Source: Octopus bimaculoides (lineage: Eukaryota). From it: a stretch of DNA of 64,000 nucleotides. The DNA is taken from positions 132,426,525 through 132,490,524 of the forward strand of contig NC_068983.1 of the NCBI RefSeq assembly GCF_001194135.2, in the 5' to 3' direction. Positions 38,617-52,444 of the stretch are shown here, piece by piece (the stretch's first letter is position 1; each line of letters starts with the position of its first letter). A program made the position numbers and the translations under genes. The notes beneath the pieces were generated by a model that saw only the letters and a list, made by a program, of their open reading frames with translations, made no database searches and was not told the DNA's origin.

Positions 38617-40089
38617 TGTGTGCGTGCACATATGTGTGGTAAGGTGTGGTGTATGTGTATGCATGTATGTGTGTGTGTGTGAAGATAATATATGTATGTG
38701 TATCTATGTAATTATACGTATTACGCAGTAATAGATTCGGTGAAAGATGGAAGCTGTAGTTGGTTATATTAGAATAAGTAATAAACGATATGTCGAGTTT
38801 ATTCCCTACGAGTGCAGAATCTCTTGCGATTCTCTCAGCTCCAGAAATGGAATGAACTAGAGATAGTAGTTTTGGAAATAACTGTAAAACGAAAGCATTA
38901 TTTACTAAAATTAATATGAAAGGTAATAAATGAACAAGAACATATTCATTGTTTGTCTAGAAGGCTATTGAACACCATTAGATGTAAAGCTAAGAATCAA
39001 GAGTAGTTCTTATCAAAATGCATCCGTAAACTCTGTGTCTATATTAAAAGTAATTATTGTGTTTCTATTGGATATTTTACATATTTACTTCATGCAACAA
39101 AGATAGGAAATATCATTCTAGCAATGGAATGAAGACATACATAATAAATTAATTCTGCTGTTGCTCATTAATTTTGTTGGTAATTGATATTTCGACGTGT
39201 TATTTGCCAGAAGATACGAACATGAGAAGTGCTCTACAATACACATACTTTTATTATCATTATATAGTGTTGGAAACCAGGAGAGATTATGTCGATTTTC
39301 TCCGAGATCCTCACGTACTTAAAACTTATCATTTCCTATGAAGTATTTTTAGAAACATTTCTATATATATATTGCCTTATTTAGTATTCATATGTTAAAA
39401 GTCATTGAGTCAAACGGTTAGGTATTGAGAAACATCTTATATACACTTCGACTTTTACCACTATCTTGTAAACAGAGAGTGTGTAAATTCGATTAGATCG
39501 ATAAAATTAATATAGTTAATTCGTCCTTGTCATATCAACACACATTATCCTCTGATTCTGTAATAGCGGAGGATTTCAGAATTAAAGAGGGATTCGGAAA
39601 ATTATTTGGTAACATTTAGTTGCGTGTTGCATATTCTGAGTTCAAGTCTTGCACCAATGGACTTAGTATTTCATCATATCAACATCGGTAAGATAAGCAT
39701 TGGTCAAATGCTGTACTCAAATGAATGTCACATGCATACATACACACAAATAAGCATGTCTGCATATATACATACATTAACTACTATTCAAAACTATAAA
39801 GTCACGTGTTCTTTTAAGTTATTTAGAAATTCAGCTCTGTATTTAAGCGGACTAATCTACTGTTAATGGGTATTTCGTGAATATTTTGAAATTTAAAGCA
39901 TGTACCTGTATTATTACATTACACCTGATTTTCCAATTTTCCGTAGCATATCAACACTTCAAAATGATAAAGCCATTAATACATTTTCATTTCTTTCCAG
40001 ATTATTTCGGAAAATATTCGACTCCATCGTATTTACTGTGATCCAGATTAAATTTCGAGTATGCTCATAGCTACAAGTATTTCCGAAAC

Positions 40090-40916
40090 TGAGCAAGGGA
40101 AAATCGGAAAGAATGAGTAACTGGAAGATTGCCGGGAAGAATCAGCGAAGCAGGACGTCAGTGGACAATTTTCTGAAACCTCCCCTGACGGCTACAATAG
40201 GGTTCCTGCTGGTCCTTAGACTGCACCGGACTGGGATGAAAGGCATCAGCAGGTGTAGCAGCCTCGACATCCACCGCAAGAAGAGCGATTTGAAGCTTGG
40301 GACGTTCGTTATTGTCCCCTTCCAACAAAGCTGTTAGATTGAAGTTTACTCGACAGAATCAGACGTGGGGTGGTGAATGGACCAGGGTTCTGATCTCTGA
40401 TGATAATGGAATTTGGATGGCCCCGATGGTTATAAGTATTACTGGGCAGATAAATGTATACGAAATTCCACTTATGCCAATCGGCAGAAAAGTGGAAGAG
40501 GTCATATGGCGTGGGGAGAATTATCAGTCAATGGAAAGCCGCCACATGTCATCATAGATGGCCGATGCAATGCTGCGCGAAACATCGATATGGTGGACGG
40601 AGCTCACATTGACGAAGGGAGAAGGCTCCGTGACGTGAACTTTATAATTCAACAGGACAACTCTCCTATTCATAGAACAAAAGCAACTTTAGATTTCCTC
40701 CATGCAATCCCGAACTTAATCCTATAGAGAATGCTTGGAGATATCTCACGAACGTTGTGTGCAGCGAAGGCAAGTAGTATTCATCTGTTGATCATGAAAC
40801 GATATTAAAGATGGCGTGGGAGGAGCTTCCACCCGATCTACTGCAAAATTGATTGGGAACATGAAGTCGCATGTTTTTGAATTCAGAAAGATGGTGGTCA
40901 AACACACTCTTGCTGA
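40090..40916 (+). pseudogene. Tc3-like (IS630-Tc1-mariner) transposase remnant
   Basis: AVRLKF...WTRVLISDD; LDGPDGYKYYW; RQKSGRGHMAWG; IIQQDNSPIHRTKATLDFL; NPELNPIENAW; AWEE. Frameshifted, with a small deletion between the second D and the E. TIRs not found. Confidence 0.85.
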
Positions 40917-42905
40917 TCTATTGCAAGAGAATATCATTGAAATATATCATAATTCCCCAGCTTTGCATCGTTTTTGCAATCTTATTCAAATTGGCGTTAT
41001 ATTTTTGAACAGAATGTTTTTGGCTTTGTATGATATTTTTTTTTTATTATGATGTAATTTATTTTTGGATTTCAACAATCTAAGTATTGCAATGCCTTCT
41101 TTTATTCCATTTCCTATTGAAAGTCCAGTTTCAGAAAAAAAAAATGAACAGTGTTTATATTTTTGAACTACAGTACGTCTGTGCCTAAACAGGATATTAC
41201 ATAAACATGTTAAGAAAGTGCAGGGATTGGTACAATCGATTGTTGTACACAATGTGTTCAAGAATGGAAGTACATCACATTGCACTGCGAGTTCAAGGCA
41301 GATCACATAAGACTTTGTCCTTCATTCTTTGAAAATCTATTGAGTAATTTTGTGTACCATGCTCTCTATAGAAATCTGCTACCTATTTTTGAAATCAGTT
41401 TAATATGAATATATAGATATGAGAAGAAACCATGTTAGAATCAGTGAAGACAGTCACAGAGGCTCAATGTATTTACTTTTGCACACGTGTATTACTACTT
41501 AGGTGATAGGAAGTAAGAGTTGGTGTAAACATACATTTTGTTTTCGGGTCTGCACGCAGAACAGCGAGAATCCATACATTAATGTATCTCTTCATATCGC
41601 ATAAGAATTTCTTAGAATGTGAAATAAAGAACACGCATTGGGCAGAGAGTCATGATGGTTGAAAAAAGAACAATTCAGAAGGAATATATAAGTGAAAAAT
41701 TTCACTTTTATATCGTCTGCCTACTTACATGATCAGACGACAAAGATATAGCTCAGTAGTAATATGACGTCGCTGATATATGTACTGGGATCAATAAATA
41801 TTTAAGTGTCTTGAAGAGTGTTACTTCATTATGGTTGTATTATAATTGCAGAAAGAATGTAAAAGAATGAAAACATGAACTTTCACTTTGTTTGGGTTTA
41901 ATGTCAGCGAAGGTGTTTCATACACCAATCTCAGTTCAAACATCAAGAAAGACGTTTTATTTTTTTCTATAAGAGAAAGTGTTTATTTTAACAATTGACT
42001 TATTTCAAAGATATCACACACTCAGACATGAAATACGCATACCAATCTCAATAAAATCTTATTTAAAGGTACAAATTCGTAACGTCAATTTATGTCGTGT
42101 ATTATGCGTCTAATTAGTAACAGTGTATCTCCTAAATTACAGCAGCATTAATATTGAAATCTTTGCTTCACTGTGGTTTACCAATCACATCTGCCGTTTT
42201 CTCGCAAACTGCCAGAATACTTAATATAAATTTAGTCACAAGAATATTCTAATTCAGATTTGCAATGCTCACTATAACAAATATATCAATAAACTTTAAC
42301 GGCTATTGTTCTGGCGGATGGCACGTTTGAGTAGTTAACCTTAGTGAATTTTGTTCTTAATCTGACACACATAAACTATATATTCGTCTCATGTTGTGGT
42401 ACACGTATTTTGTCAAAAGTTTGATTATATTACGGCAAAAAATCTAATGAAAAAAATATAATTACAGTAAAATTATCAATCAAGTTTACTGCTTAACTTA
42501 CAGTACTTTATTAGAAATTAAGAGAGGTAGTTTTAGCATCAATACATTTAAATTGCTTTCGTGCGCAATGTAAATCAATTCCGATGGGAAACTATATCTG
42601 TAGTTTTTACTAAAAAAAAAGTGACATTTTCAAGGTAGAAAATTACACGAAATTCATAAAAGAAGGAAAAGATACGTAGAAAAGTCAAAATGGAATTGTT
42701 TCAAGTGATTTGGGAATACATAATTGAGAAATAATTGAAAACATGTTTTGACAAGTGACAACAAATTGAATAGGGGATATATATTATTAATGACGTGTTT
42801 AATTATTTCGCATGTCTGCAAAAGAATGGCACATAACCAAACTCATTCATCAAATAACATCGCATTTCCATACCTTGTAGTGACTTGTATAATCATATAT
42901 ATAAC

Positions 42906-42938
<33 letters not shown>

Positions 42939-43090
42939 CTTTTATAAGTAATATTCTAAAAGAAATGTTCTAAAAGAATATATAACTGAACTTATGTTGA
43001 GTGCTCAATTATCTTGAGCAAATAAATGTGTATATATGTGTTTTTATAAAATATAAAATATAAAGAAACCTAAATTTTAAAGAATAAAAT

Positions 43091-43176
43091 ATCTTACGAT
43101 CGTTTCGCGCATATTACTACAGTCACAAAGTGATCTAAAGATCATCTTATTATTAGTAATTCCATTCTTCAGAGAT
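43091..43176 (-). ncRNA. Type I hammerhead ribozyme motif (left arm)
   Basis: Minus strand reads AUCU-CUGAAGA-AUGGAAUUACUA...UAGUAAUAUGCGC-GAAA-CGAUCG-UA-AGAU. Core nucleotides are intact; the base of stem II is weakened. Confidence 0.7.
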
Positions 43177-44490
43177 GCATTAAGAACCCTTTATATACCT
43201 ATATAATATTAAAATATTAGAAATATTAAAAATTAAGAATACTAAAAATTAAAAATAATAATATATACTGTCCTTGTCACGTTAATCCTTCTGAAGTGTG
43301 TAAAATTTGTTCGTTTCTTCCTTTGTTGAAGTTTCGAGTGTCAAACACTCATTTATATGAGAATTGGTATATTTTTTAAAAGTATNNNNNNNNNNNNNNN
43401 NNNNNNNNNNNNNNNNNNNNNNNNNNNNNNNNNNNNNNNNNNNNNNNNNNNNNNNNNNNNNNNNNNNNNNNNNNNNNNNNNNNNNNNNNNNNNNNNNNNN
43501 NNNNNNNNNNNNNNNNNNNNNNNNNNNNNNNNNNNNNNNNNNNNNNNNNNNNNNNNNNNNNNNNNNNNNNNNNNNNNNNNNNNNNNNNNNNNNNNNNNNN
43601 NNNNNNNNNNNNNNNNNNNNNNNNNNNNNNNNNNNNNNNNNNNNNNNNNNNNNNNNNNNNNNNNNNNNNNNNNNNNNNNNNNNNNNNNNNNNNNNNNNNN
43701 NNNNNNNNNNNNNNNNNNNNNNNNNNNNNNNNNNNNNNNNNNNNNNNNNNNNNNNNNNNNNNNNNNNNNNNNNNNNNNNNNNNNNNNNNNNNNNNNNNNN
43801 NNNNNNNNNNNNNNNNNNNNNNNNNNNNNNNNNNNNNNNNNNNNNNNNNNNNNNNNNNNNNNNNNNNNNNNNNNNNNNNNNNNNNNNNNNNNNNNNNNNN
43901 NNNNNNNNNNNNNNNNNNNNNNNNNNNNNNNNNNNNNNNNNNNNNNNNNNNNNNNNNNNNNNNNNNNNNNNNNNNNNNNNNNNNNNNNNNNNNNNNNNNN
44001 NNNNNNNNNNNNNNNNNNNNNNNNNNNNNNNNNNNNNNNNNNNNNNNNNNNNNNNNNNNNNNNNNNNNNNNNNNNNNNNNNNNNNNNNNNNNNNNNNNNN
44101 NNNNNNNNNNNNNNNNNNNNNNNNNNNNNNNNNNNNNNNNNNNNNNNNNNNNNNNNNNNNNNNNNNNNNNNNNNNNNNNNNNNNNNNNNNNNNNNNNNNN
44201 NNNNNNNNNNNNNNNNNNNNNNNNNNNNNNNNNNNNGATAGCAATACTTTTGTATTACACTATATGTGTATATATATGTATATACTTTTAAAAAACATAC
44301 CAATTCTCATATAAATGAGTGTTTGACACTCGAAACTTCAACAAAGGAAGAAACGAACAAATTTTACACACTTCAGAAGGATTAACGTGACAAGGACAGT
44401 ATATATTATTATTTTTAATTTTTAGTATTCTTAATTTTTAATATTTCTAATATTTTAATATTATATAGGTATATAAAGGGTTCTTAATGC

Positions 44491-44573
44491 ATCTCTGAAG
44501 AACGGAATTACTAATAATATGATCTTTAGATCACTTTGTGACTGTAGTAATATCCGCGAAACGATCGTAAGAT
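44491..44573 (+). ncRNA. Type I hammerhead ribozyme motif (right arm), the most complete in the window
   Basis: AUCU-CUGAAGA-A-CGGAAUUACUA-(loop)-UAGUAAUAUCCG-C-GAAA-CGAUCG-UA/AGAU. 4-bp stem I, 11-bp stem II with one bulge, palindromic ACGAUCGU stem III. Predicted cleavage between 44569 and 44570. Confidence 0.8.
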
Positions 44574-45629
44574 ATTTTATTCTTTAAATTTTAGGTTTCT
44601 TTATGTTTTATATTTTAGAATTTATAATATTCATGCTTATTTATACATAAATTTTTATACATAAATTTTTATACGCATATATATTTAAACATATATATAT
44701 ATATATATTTTTAGATTTTTATATGTATTCATATTTATATTCCGTATATTTATGTTTTAAACTTTTAAATTTATTATGTTACCACGTTAAGTTGGATGTG
44801 TATCTTTCAAAATATTAAATATTGTTTTCCTGAATATATTATTGATGAGTTCTACGAATTTATTAATGATATAAAAACACACACATATATATATAATCAC
44901 TAATTCAGCATTGTTTAGACCTGGAGATTAGGGATCTTGCCATTTTGCTGGATTATCGATTGATTATGCATGGTAGCTTAGGTTAGGTTTGGTAAAATAT
45001 CCTGCAAATCAGTTCAAGTTGGTTAATAAGGAAAAGGGAAATATCAAATGAAATTCTAGTGAAATTAAATCAAATGAAATGAAATGAAATTTTAATAAAG
45101 CCCTGGTGAAATGCGTGGTGAAGTACTGGTACTCAAATTTTGATGACATGCACAAAAATCATCATTGAGACGACAAAATATCAGGGTTGGTATCGTCTTG
45201 AAGTGAAGGGCTGTCAGGACTCCCATCATCATCATCTTGTAAGGTGTGTGAACTATCAGAAACTGATGGTGATTGTGGCAGCACATCTATGCGAGATCAT
45301 GTTGAATGCATTGGATTTTCAAGTGCTGACTCTTCCGTTGTTTACGTTTTTGCTAGTTTTTCAACCTGTCATGCAAGCTAACTGTTTCGTATATTTTGGC
45401 CTTTCTTTGATCAGTTTATGATGCAGCATATAAATGTTCATTATTTCTTGCTCACTTATAAAATTGCGTTGTTCTAGACATTTTATCCTTCCACCTGTTA
45501 ATTAAATTAACCGATCAATAGAAACTCTTTCTCTTATATCATGCTCATTTCCATCACTGCTTTCTTCATTGTCTTGCCGCTGGGGATTCACAACCAACCG
45601 CGCAATTTCTTGGTCAGAATGATAAACAA

Positions 45630-45977
45630 TAGCTACATTTTCAGCTGATCGTTTTCCGTCACACACGACACGAAACTTTAACCTATGTCGATCCTTGAAA
45701 CGCTGCAGTCAGCCTTCAGTGTACTCGCACTCGTATTCTAGTCTGAGTTCTTCGTGGAATGTTTTTGCTTAATTCTCCACAAGATTACCTGACAGTGCGG
45801 CATCTTAACTTGCACACAATCTAAACAATTTCATCAATGCGTGATTGAGTTCTACACTTTTACCAGGTTTATTGTATTCTCATTACACATGTCCTTGACT
45901 CACTGTTAGCAAAGAAACGGAGTAACTGGTTTTCTAGGGGCTTTTGTATGTCATAAACTGTCGAAGATCCAAAGTTG
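45630..45977 (-). pseudogene. Tigger/Jerky (pogo) transposase N-terminal CENP-B HTH remnant
   Basis: GSSTVYDIQK...QLLRFFANSES; LNHALMKLFRLCAS*DAALSGNLVEN*AKTFHEELRL..EYTEG*LQRFKDRHRLKF. Confidence 0.75.
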
Positions 45978-46135
45978 TATAATTCACGCAATCTTTTCAA
46001 AGTCTGTCTGTGTCTTTGTGTGTGTGTGCTGGTAAGCACAAATGTATGTATATATTTAACAGCTGATAAATCACTTAATGTTTATGTCCTTTTAGATTTA
46101 GCCGGTTGTAAGTAATGAAGCTATTCAAACATTTA

Positions 46136-46626
46136 ATTTTGATCACGCTACTTTGATTGTCTCGATTCCTGTTATTTTCCTGCAGTGCAACTGCGCAGGG
46201 TTCTGTTCTGTCTACGGCAAAACGTGTTCAGTGTTAGTTTTTAGTTGTTCTAGGCTGTAGCAACTCGCTGCATAAAACTCTTATTGCGTTGAAGTTTAGT
46301 TTTGCCTACAATTTAACAATCTTTGCATGCAGATTACTGTATTTTTAGTTGAATAAATTGTCATAAACAAAAACTGGAATATCTTAAGTTTACAAGTGTT
46401 TTAATCAACTAAAAATACAGTAACATTCATTACAAACCAATTTTGTTAAATTATAAGCAAAACTAAACTTCAACGCAATAACAGTTTTATGCAGCGAGTT
46501 GCTACAGTCTCGACTAACTAAACACTAACACTGAACACGTTGTGCCGTAAAGAGAAGAGAACTCTGTGCAGTTGCACTGCAAGCAAATAACAGCAATCGA
46601 GACAATCAAGTTCACGTGATCAAAAC
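46136..46626. mobile_element. 491-bp foldback MITE with ~220-bp arms and a TA target duplication
   Basis: 46136-46356 is roughly 85% identical (by eye) to the reverse complement of 46401-46626, with a ~45-bp spacer. TA at 46134-46135 and 46627-46628. Confidence 0.85.
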
Positions 46627-47182
46627 TAAAATTACAACAGGTATAAAAGATAGGTCTGACGATAATAAACTGGCTAAAGCCGAGGGACGAAGGTACACAT
46701 TTCTCTAGGAGGCACAATTATACCGAGAGAAATTATTCTTCATGTTAACAATTCCATTGCATCACGTTATCAGATATCTAACTGATTGCTGTCGTCTAGA
46801 TACAAGTGAAATAATGTTATCTCACTCGGTAATCTTCTCTCCTTTTGTCTGCAATAAAATTATGTAATATAATTATAGAAGCATTGTGTTCCTTATATTC
46901 TTTTTCCTTTCCCAGCACGCCCTTTCTGCCATGACGACTGGTCAAAACGTTGAAAGTCCCTTTCCCTTCTTCCTTACTAGTAACTAAATCGAAGTTAAGC
47001 TGCGTAGTTATCTTTTATTTGTTTTTCTTGTTTTGTTATTTTCTCATTCTCACCTGGACATTCATTTCCTGTATGTGTCTGAAAGTGGTGGGTTATGGTG
47101 TATTTAAACTCGGTTTAACGTGGAGAATCATACCCTCATCTTATAGTATTATACATTAGATTTTAAAATTTCAATCTGATTC

Positions 47183-47240
47183 AACTTATGAGACATCAAC
47201 ACTTAATCATGAACTTGTGAGACATCAATACTTAATCATG
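47183..47240. repeat. 29-bp tandem duplication
   Basis: aactt(a/g)tgagacatcaa(c/t)acttaatcatg x2. Confidence 0.9.
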
Positions 47241-48045
47241 AAATGAAATTCCTACAACAATAGGAAATTCTTTTCTTTCAGAAAAATAATTGATGACACC
47301 TTCAGCTGCAAAAGATAAAGTACATATATAGCACCAACACTTAAATGCGAAAACTATTACTGCTAGCCAAAATACAATTGAAAACCGAATAAATTTACTA
47401 GCCGGTGAAACCAAAATAGTAACTTCTCTTGCTTTTCTCTTCGTCTTTAAAAACTTTTCCTAACAAGTTCTGTTCTAAAAGCGTCGACCAAGAAAATTTC
47501 CAACTGAACTGCATCTTCATTGATTTATGAGCCGGGGGGCAGGGTGTCATTATTCTGTGACATAGCTCCGGCCATGTGAATCGCGAACGAAAGAATTACT
47601 CAAGACTCAAGTGATCGGCGTAATTTTGTTTTAAACTACTCCAATTATCCAATTCTGTATCAGTATTGTTTTGAACCACATATATCACATACAATATGTG
47701 TTGAAGTGAAGGTGCCTGGCCTAATGGCTTTGAGTATTGGGCGCACGGGTGTGAACTCGGTCATAGAATCGAGTAAGTTGTGAATTATTAGAGGGTATTT
47801 AATGTCGTCTTGCTTCATGAATCAGCTGAAAACGAGTACAAGTGGAAACTGGAGTTATAATTGTGACGTATTAACCTTACGTATAAAGTTGTCTTTGTAC
47901 TGTCAGGCTAAACACCATGAAAATCGAGACTCAGATGACCTCCAGTGATACATGCAGATTTGCTTTACAATTTTTATTGTCTGGCATGTGTGTGTAAAGG
48001 TACGTCAGCATGTTCATATATATACATAAATAAATAAATTTATAC

Positions 48046-48084
<39 letters not shown>

Positions 48085-48439
48085 TGTGTGGATGAGTGAG
48101 TGTGTTTGTATACACTTATACATCTGTATAAGCAGACGTGGCATTTTACATCTAAAGAGTTTAAATACGCGACAAAAATATTTGTGCTTTGGGTACTCCC
48201 TCTGGTACAGGGTTGAACAAGTTCATTTAAGCTAAAGTCAACATAAAATTAAATAATTTAGTGAATACAAACATAACAGTGAAACCCGTATGGTCTGTAT
48301 TTTTCCTATGTTATCCTAACGTTTTACCTTTGGTATTGAACTGATATTTCAGAAAGAATACTCTTCATCATAAGAGATGGATAAAAGATGGATACACTCC
48401 ATATAATAACCACCACTATCACAACCTCAACGACTACTG

Positions 48440-48516
<77 letters not shown>

Positions 48517-48657
48517 GCCACTACTGCAGATATGATAGCGTTGAATAATCAACCATTTCTTTATTTCTACATTGTGATAATTTGTATTGAAAGCATTATT
48601 TTTATGCACACACCTCTCTCTCCTCTCATAATATATACATATGTGTGTTTATGCATG

Positions 48658-48697
<40 letters not shown>

Positions 48698-49844
48698 TGT
48701 GTGCGTTCGTGTGAAAAAGTGAGGGAGAGAGATTTATATATTTTATTCCACGTAAATATGTCTTGTTTATATAGACATTTTTCCTGTCACAAATACTCAA
48801 TAACTTCTCTATTTCTTTGAAAAATCACAACATGCACTTCTACATGTCATGTACCTTTATTAAGATAAAATATTGCAGTCAGAGATAGAGTTGATGTGAA
48901 AACTGCAAACCGTGAATTATTTAGATTTCTACTTTCTAAACAAGAGTGGTAGCGTATTTGTATAAAATATTTTAGCATGTTCTCGAAGAAAATAAACAAC
49001 AATACGCAATGCAAATTTACTAATGTGCTTGTATTCTCAAAGTAAATTATATGTTATACTATTCTTTTATTTTACTTTTGATATTTCTACACTATAATAC
49101 AAAGCGATGATATATGAGGCAAGTTATTTTAATGACTTCTAAAATGTTTACTAGCTCCTTCAGCCAAGGAAGTTAGAGTGAAAGAATACATTGTGATTTG
49201 GCACTCTTGAAGCGATACAAAATTTCATATTTATCCAACAATAATATGTAGCTAATTTATGACTTCTTCCTCCCTCTACAAAATAAAATTGTTCCCACAA
49301 TATTTCAGATAAATAATAAACCGAGTACTTTCAAGCAGGAAGTGTTGAATGCCATCGAATATAAATCAGTGTAACATTAATGACATACCTGATTATTTAA
49401 ATCGTGTGAACTGACAATCTGACATTCTAAATATAAAAGTGAATAAATATCTTTCCCATCTTCCATTAGAAGTTCAACTATACACTGACCCGGGGAAAGC
49501 TTATTTCATGTACAGTAATATCACTGTCTCCTTAATGTTAATGAATTTCAAGTTACAATGTGCGACAAAACCATTTAAAGTATTGTTAAATTTATTGCGA
49601 AAATATGTTGAAAGCGAAATGTTAACTTTAACTGTATTAGATTTGAACTTCTATACAAATAAATGTAAATCATATGATCCTTTATATAATAGAAGTATGT
49701 ATGACTGCATGTATGTATGTATGTATGTATATACATACATTAAACTAAATTAACAGCGTGTAAATATCTGACGGGTGCTCGTAGGACATAAAACCAAATC
49801 TCCTGTAGAGATGACAGGTCATCTACCATTTACGAATGCAGTTA

Positions 49845-50067
49845 CAATAATCCCTCTTCTATCGCGAATGTTAGGTTCCAAAACACACCGCGATAGGTGA
49901 AAATTCGCGAAGTAGAAACAGTACTGTACTGTATATATTTTTTCATTATTCTTATAATTTGTATATATTTATTTTATTATAAATGCAAAACAATACCACG
50001 GAGAAATCGACGTAAGCTTAAATAATAAACCACGATAGGTGAACCCCGATATTGCGAGGGGTTACTG
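49845..50067. mobile_element. Tigger/pogo-type MITE
   Basis: TIRs caataatccctc... / ...gaggggttactg, internal gcgataggtgaa subterminal repeats, TA on both sides (49843-49844, 50068-50069). Confidence 0.8.
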
Positions 50068-50299
50068 TATTCCAGTTTCTTTGTCCATTTTAGAAGGTAT
50101 ATACTTACCAGCCAATGATGTATGTCGTTGAAATCATAAGAATTTTATAATATTTCGGGCGAACATGAGCTAATTCCTTTTTGGAATATTGGAAGCCATA
50201 TATAATAGATTTTTAAACAACATGTCTGTGTGTATGTGTGTATGTGTATGTGTATGTGTGTAGATGTATCTTCCCTTTCTCATTTTAATTTAGGATAAT

Positions 50300-51060
50300 T
50301 TTTAAATCTTTGGAAGGTCTTGCTTATTTTTATAGTCTCAGATATCGTGATCATTTGTAGCGTATGAATTAAGGATGTCTTTAACCAAACTTGGCTCAAG
50401 ACAAGTTGGAATGAATCTTGTTGCTCCATTGGTAATAGGTATGAAAATGAAAATGTATCTTGACCACTGAATTATCAATGGCCTATACATGTCCTATTAC
50501 TCTTGTATTTTTCTAATCATATTAGTGTTCAGAGAGCAGCCGAATTCCACAAGAGAGCTTATCGTTTTTTCGTGGTCCCCCACAACAATATCTGGCTTGT
50601 GTTTTAATTTGATAGTTGTTTTAATATTTAAATTCGACGAATATTCTTTTGATCCATCGGTCTCAACAGTACGTTTTTTTTCTTTTTTGCTATCCGGTTC
50701 CAACCCGTGTTAGACATGTTTTGCTATCCTGTTCCAGCGTGTTTTAGACCCTTACGGGAAGATATTGTCTGGAATACAACCTCTCATAGTTGGCTATAAT
50801 GTGGTTGATGTCTTCATTCTTGGTCTTACACAGTCTACATTTGTTGCCTTTCAATACTGTATGCTTTTATGTTGTAGGTACTCGGTGGGGATCTCTTGTT
50901 CTTGAAATGCATGGAGATAGCCTTTGAAGCGCAATGTCATAAACTTATCTGTAGTCCATGCCAAGCTGTTGATATGATAACTCATTTCTATGATGTGTGT
51001 TATACGTGCCAAATGCCTTTGTGTTATCTCTTAATGAACTAGTTGATTTTCTTTTATTCG
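50300..51060 (-). pseudogene. 3' fragment of an R4/Dong-type LINE (knuckle plus RLE)
   Basis: GYLHAFQEQEIPTEYL; CRLCKTKNEDINHIIA; IKLKHKPDIVV.DHEK...LVEFGC; FIPI..GA. Confidence 0.8.
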
Positions 51061-51993
51061 CTTCTTCTGATAAATAGATTTATCGTAAAAGAGGTTCACT
51101 GCAAGGATGAACTGCAGTACAAACAGTCACTCAGGAGAACATGATAATATTGGCAGTTTACAGTAATAGCAGATGTTTGAACTATGTCTTTGTATAGCAG
51201 CTGAAAATGATGCATGGCAGTGGCCTTATAGAATGTGTCAATGAAAAATAGAGTCAAACATCATCTTAATCTTTCCATGATCACACACAGAAACACACAC
51301 TCACATACAAGATACTCATTTATACGCATTTGTATATAGTAAAAATGTAGTCATTCAATGTGAATAGCTGTAAGAACGAAAGCATGTGTTTGCAAGTGAA
51401 CGCACACAGTGACACATGCACGCACAAACATAACTATATATATATATATATAACTGTAACAACATTTAACCACCCTGTCGTACCTTATATTGTGGTCTTG
51501 CAGCCCTGGTCAGTTTTGATTATGCAAACAATGTTCCTGTAGATTTTTAATTGCTTGGAATATTGTAATGATATTATATATGAGTGAGGCTTTCAAAACC
51601 AAGATAATGAAACAAATAGAAGCTTATTTATTATGTCAGGTATACACAATTCACAATTTCTCACGAATGAATTCATAGTCTTATCAAATATCTAAGCAAA
51701 ATCAATATTGATCTTACTGATATAATATTCATTTCCTACAAACCATATATGCTGACAGTTTAGTGATGGATACAGCTGTGCTCTTTAGTTCTTAGTTATC
51801 TCATGAATTTTAATGTGTTCATATAGTAAACTCAATAGTCACCGAGTCTCCTAATTGCCAGAGCAATACATCGTTTAGTATATATTTGGTAGCCACCTAA
51901 GCTGTCCTTTGGTTATAATCTTCAGGTACAGTTTTGTTGCAAGCATTATGATATACACCACCTGTCTTCGTCTTTTGTGTTTTTGTGAATTCT

Positions 51994-52038
<45 letters not shown>

Positions 52039-52041
52039 TGT

Positions 52042-52444
52042 AGGCGTAGGAGTGGCTGTGTGGTAAGTAGCTTGCTTACCAACCACATGGTCCCGGGTGC
52101 AGTCCCACTGCGTGGCATCTTGGGCAAGTGCCTTCTACTATAGCCTCGGGCCGACCAAAGCCTTGTGAGTGGACTTGGTAGACGGAAACTGAAAGAAGCC
52201 CGTCGTATATATGTATGTATATATGTATGTGTGTATGTGTTTGTCCCCCCAACATCGCTTGACAACCGATGCTGGTGTGTTTATGTCCCCCGTAACTTAG
52301 CGGTTCGGCAAAAGAGACGATAAAATAAGTACTAGGCTTCCAAAGAATAAGTCCTGGGGTCGATTTGCTCGACTAAAGGCGGTGCTCCAGCATGGTCACA
52401 GTCAAAAGACTGTAACAACTAAAAGAGTAAAGAGTAAAAGAGTA
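52042..52444 (+). mobile_element. tRNA-derived CORE-like SINE family A, full length, low divergence
   Basis: aggcgtaggagtggctgtgtggtaag (A-box-like)...gggtgcagtccc (B-box-like)...cttgggcaagt core...tail (aaagagta)n. Confidence 0.92.

Larger units (their letters stand above)
43047..44617. mobile_element. Element with ~340-bp inverted arms (43047-43385 / 44282-44617) around an assembly gap, each arm carrying a hammerhead (family H3)
   Basis: The arms are near-identical reverse complements. By eye I found about 5 substitutions and a 3-bp indel. Confidence 0.75.

Noticed and set aside
40391-40400. CTGATGA match
   Set aside because: It is the SDD codons of the Tc3-like transposase, with no ribozyme stems.
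51900-51997. CUGAAGA (minus) upstream of an H2-like tail
   Set aside because: Stem II and GAAA are not recoverable. Kept only as a tail relative.
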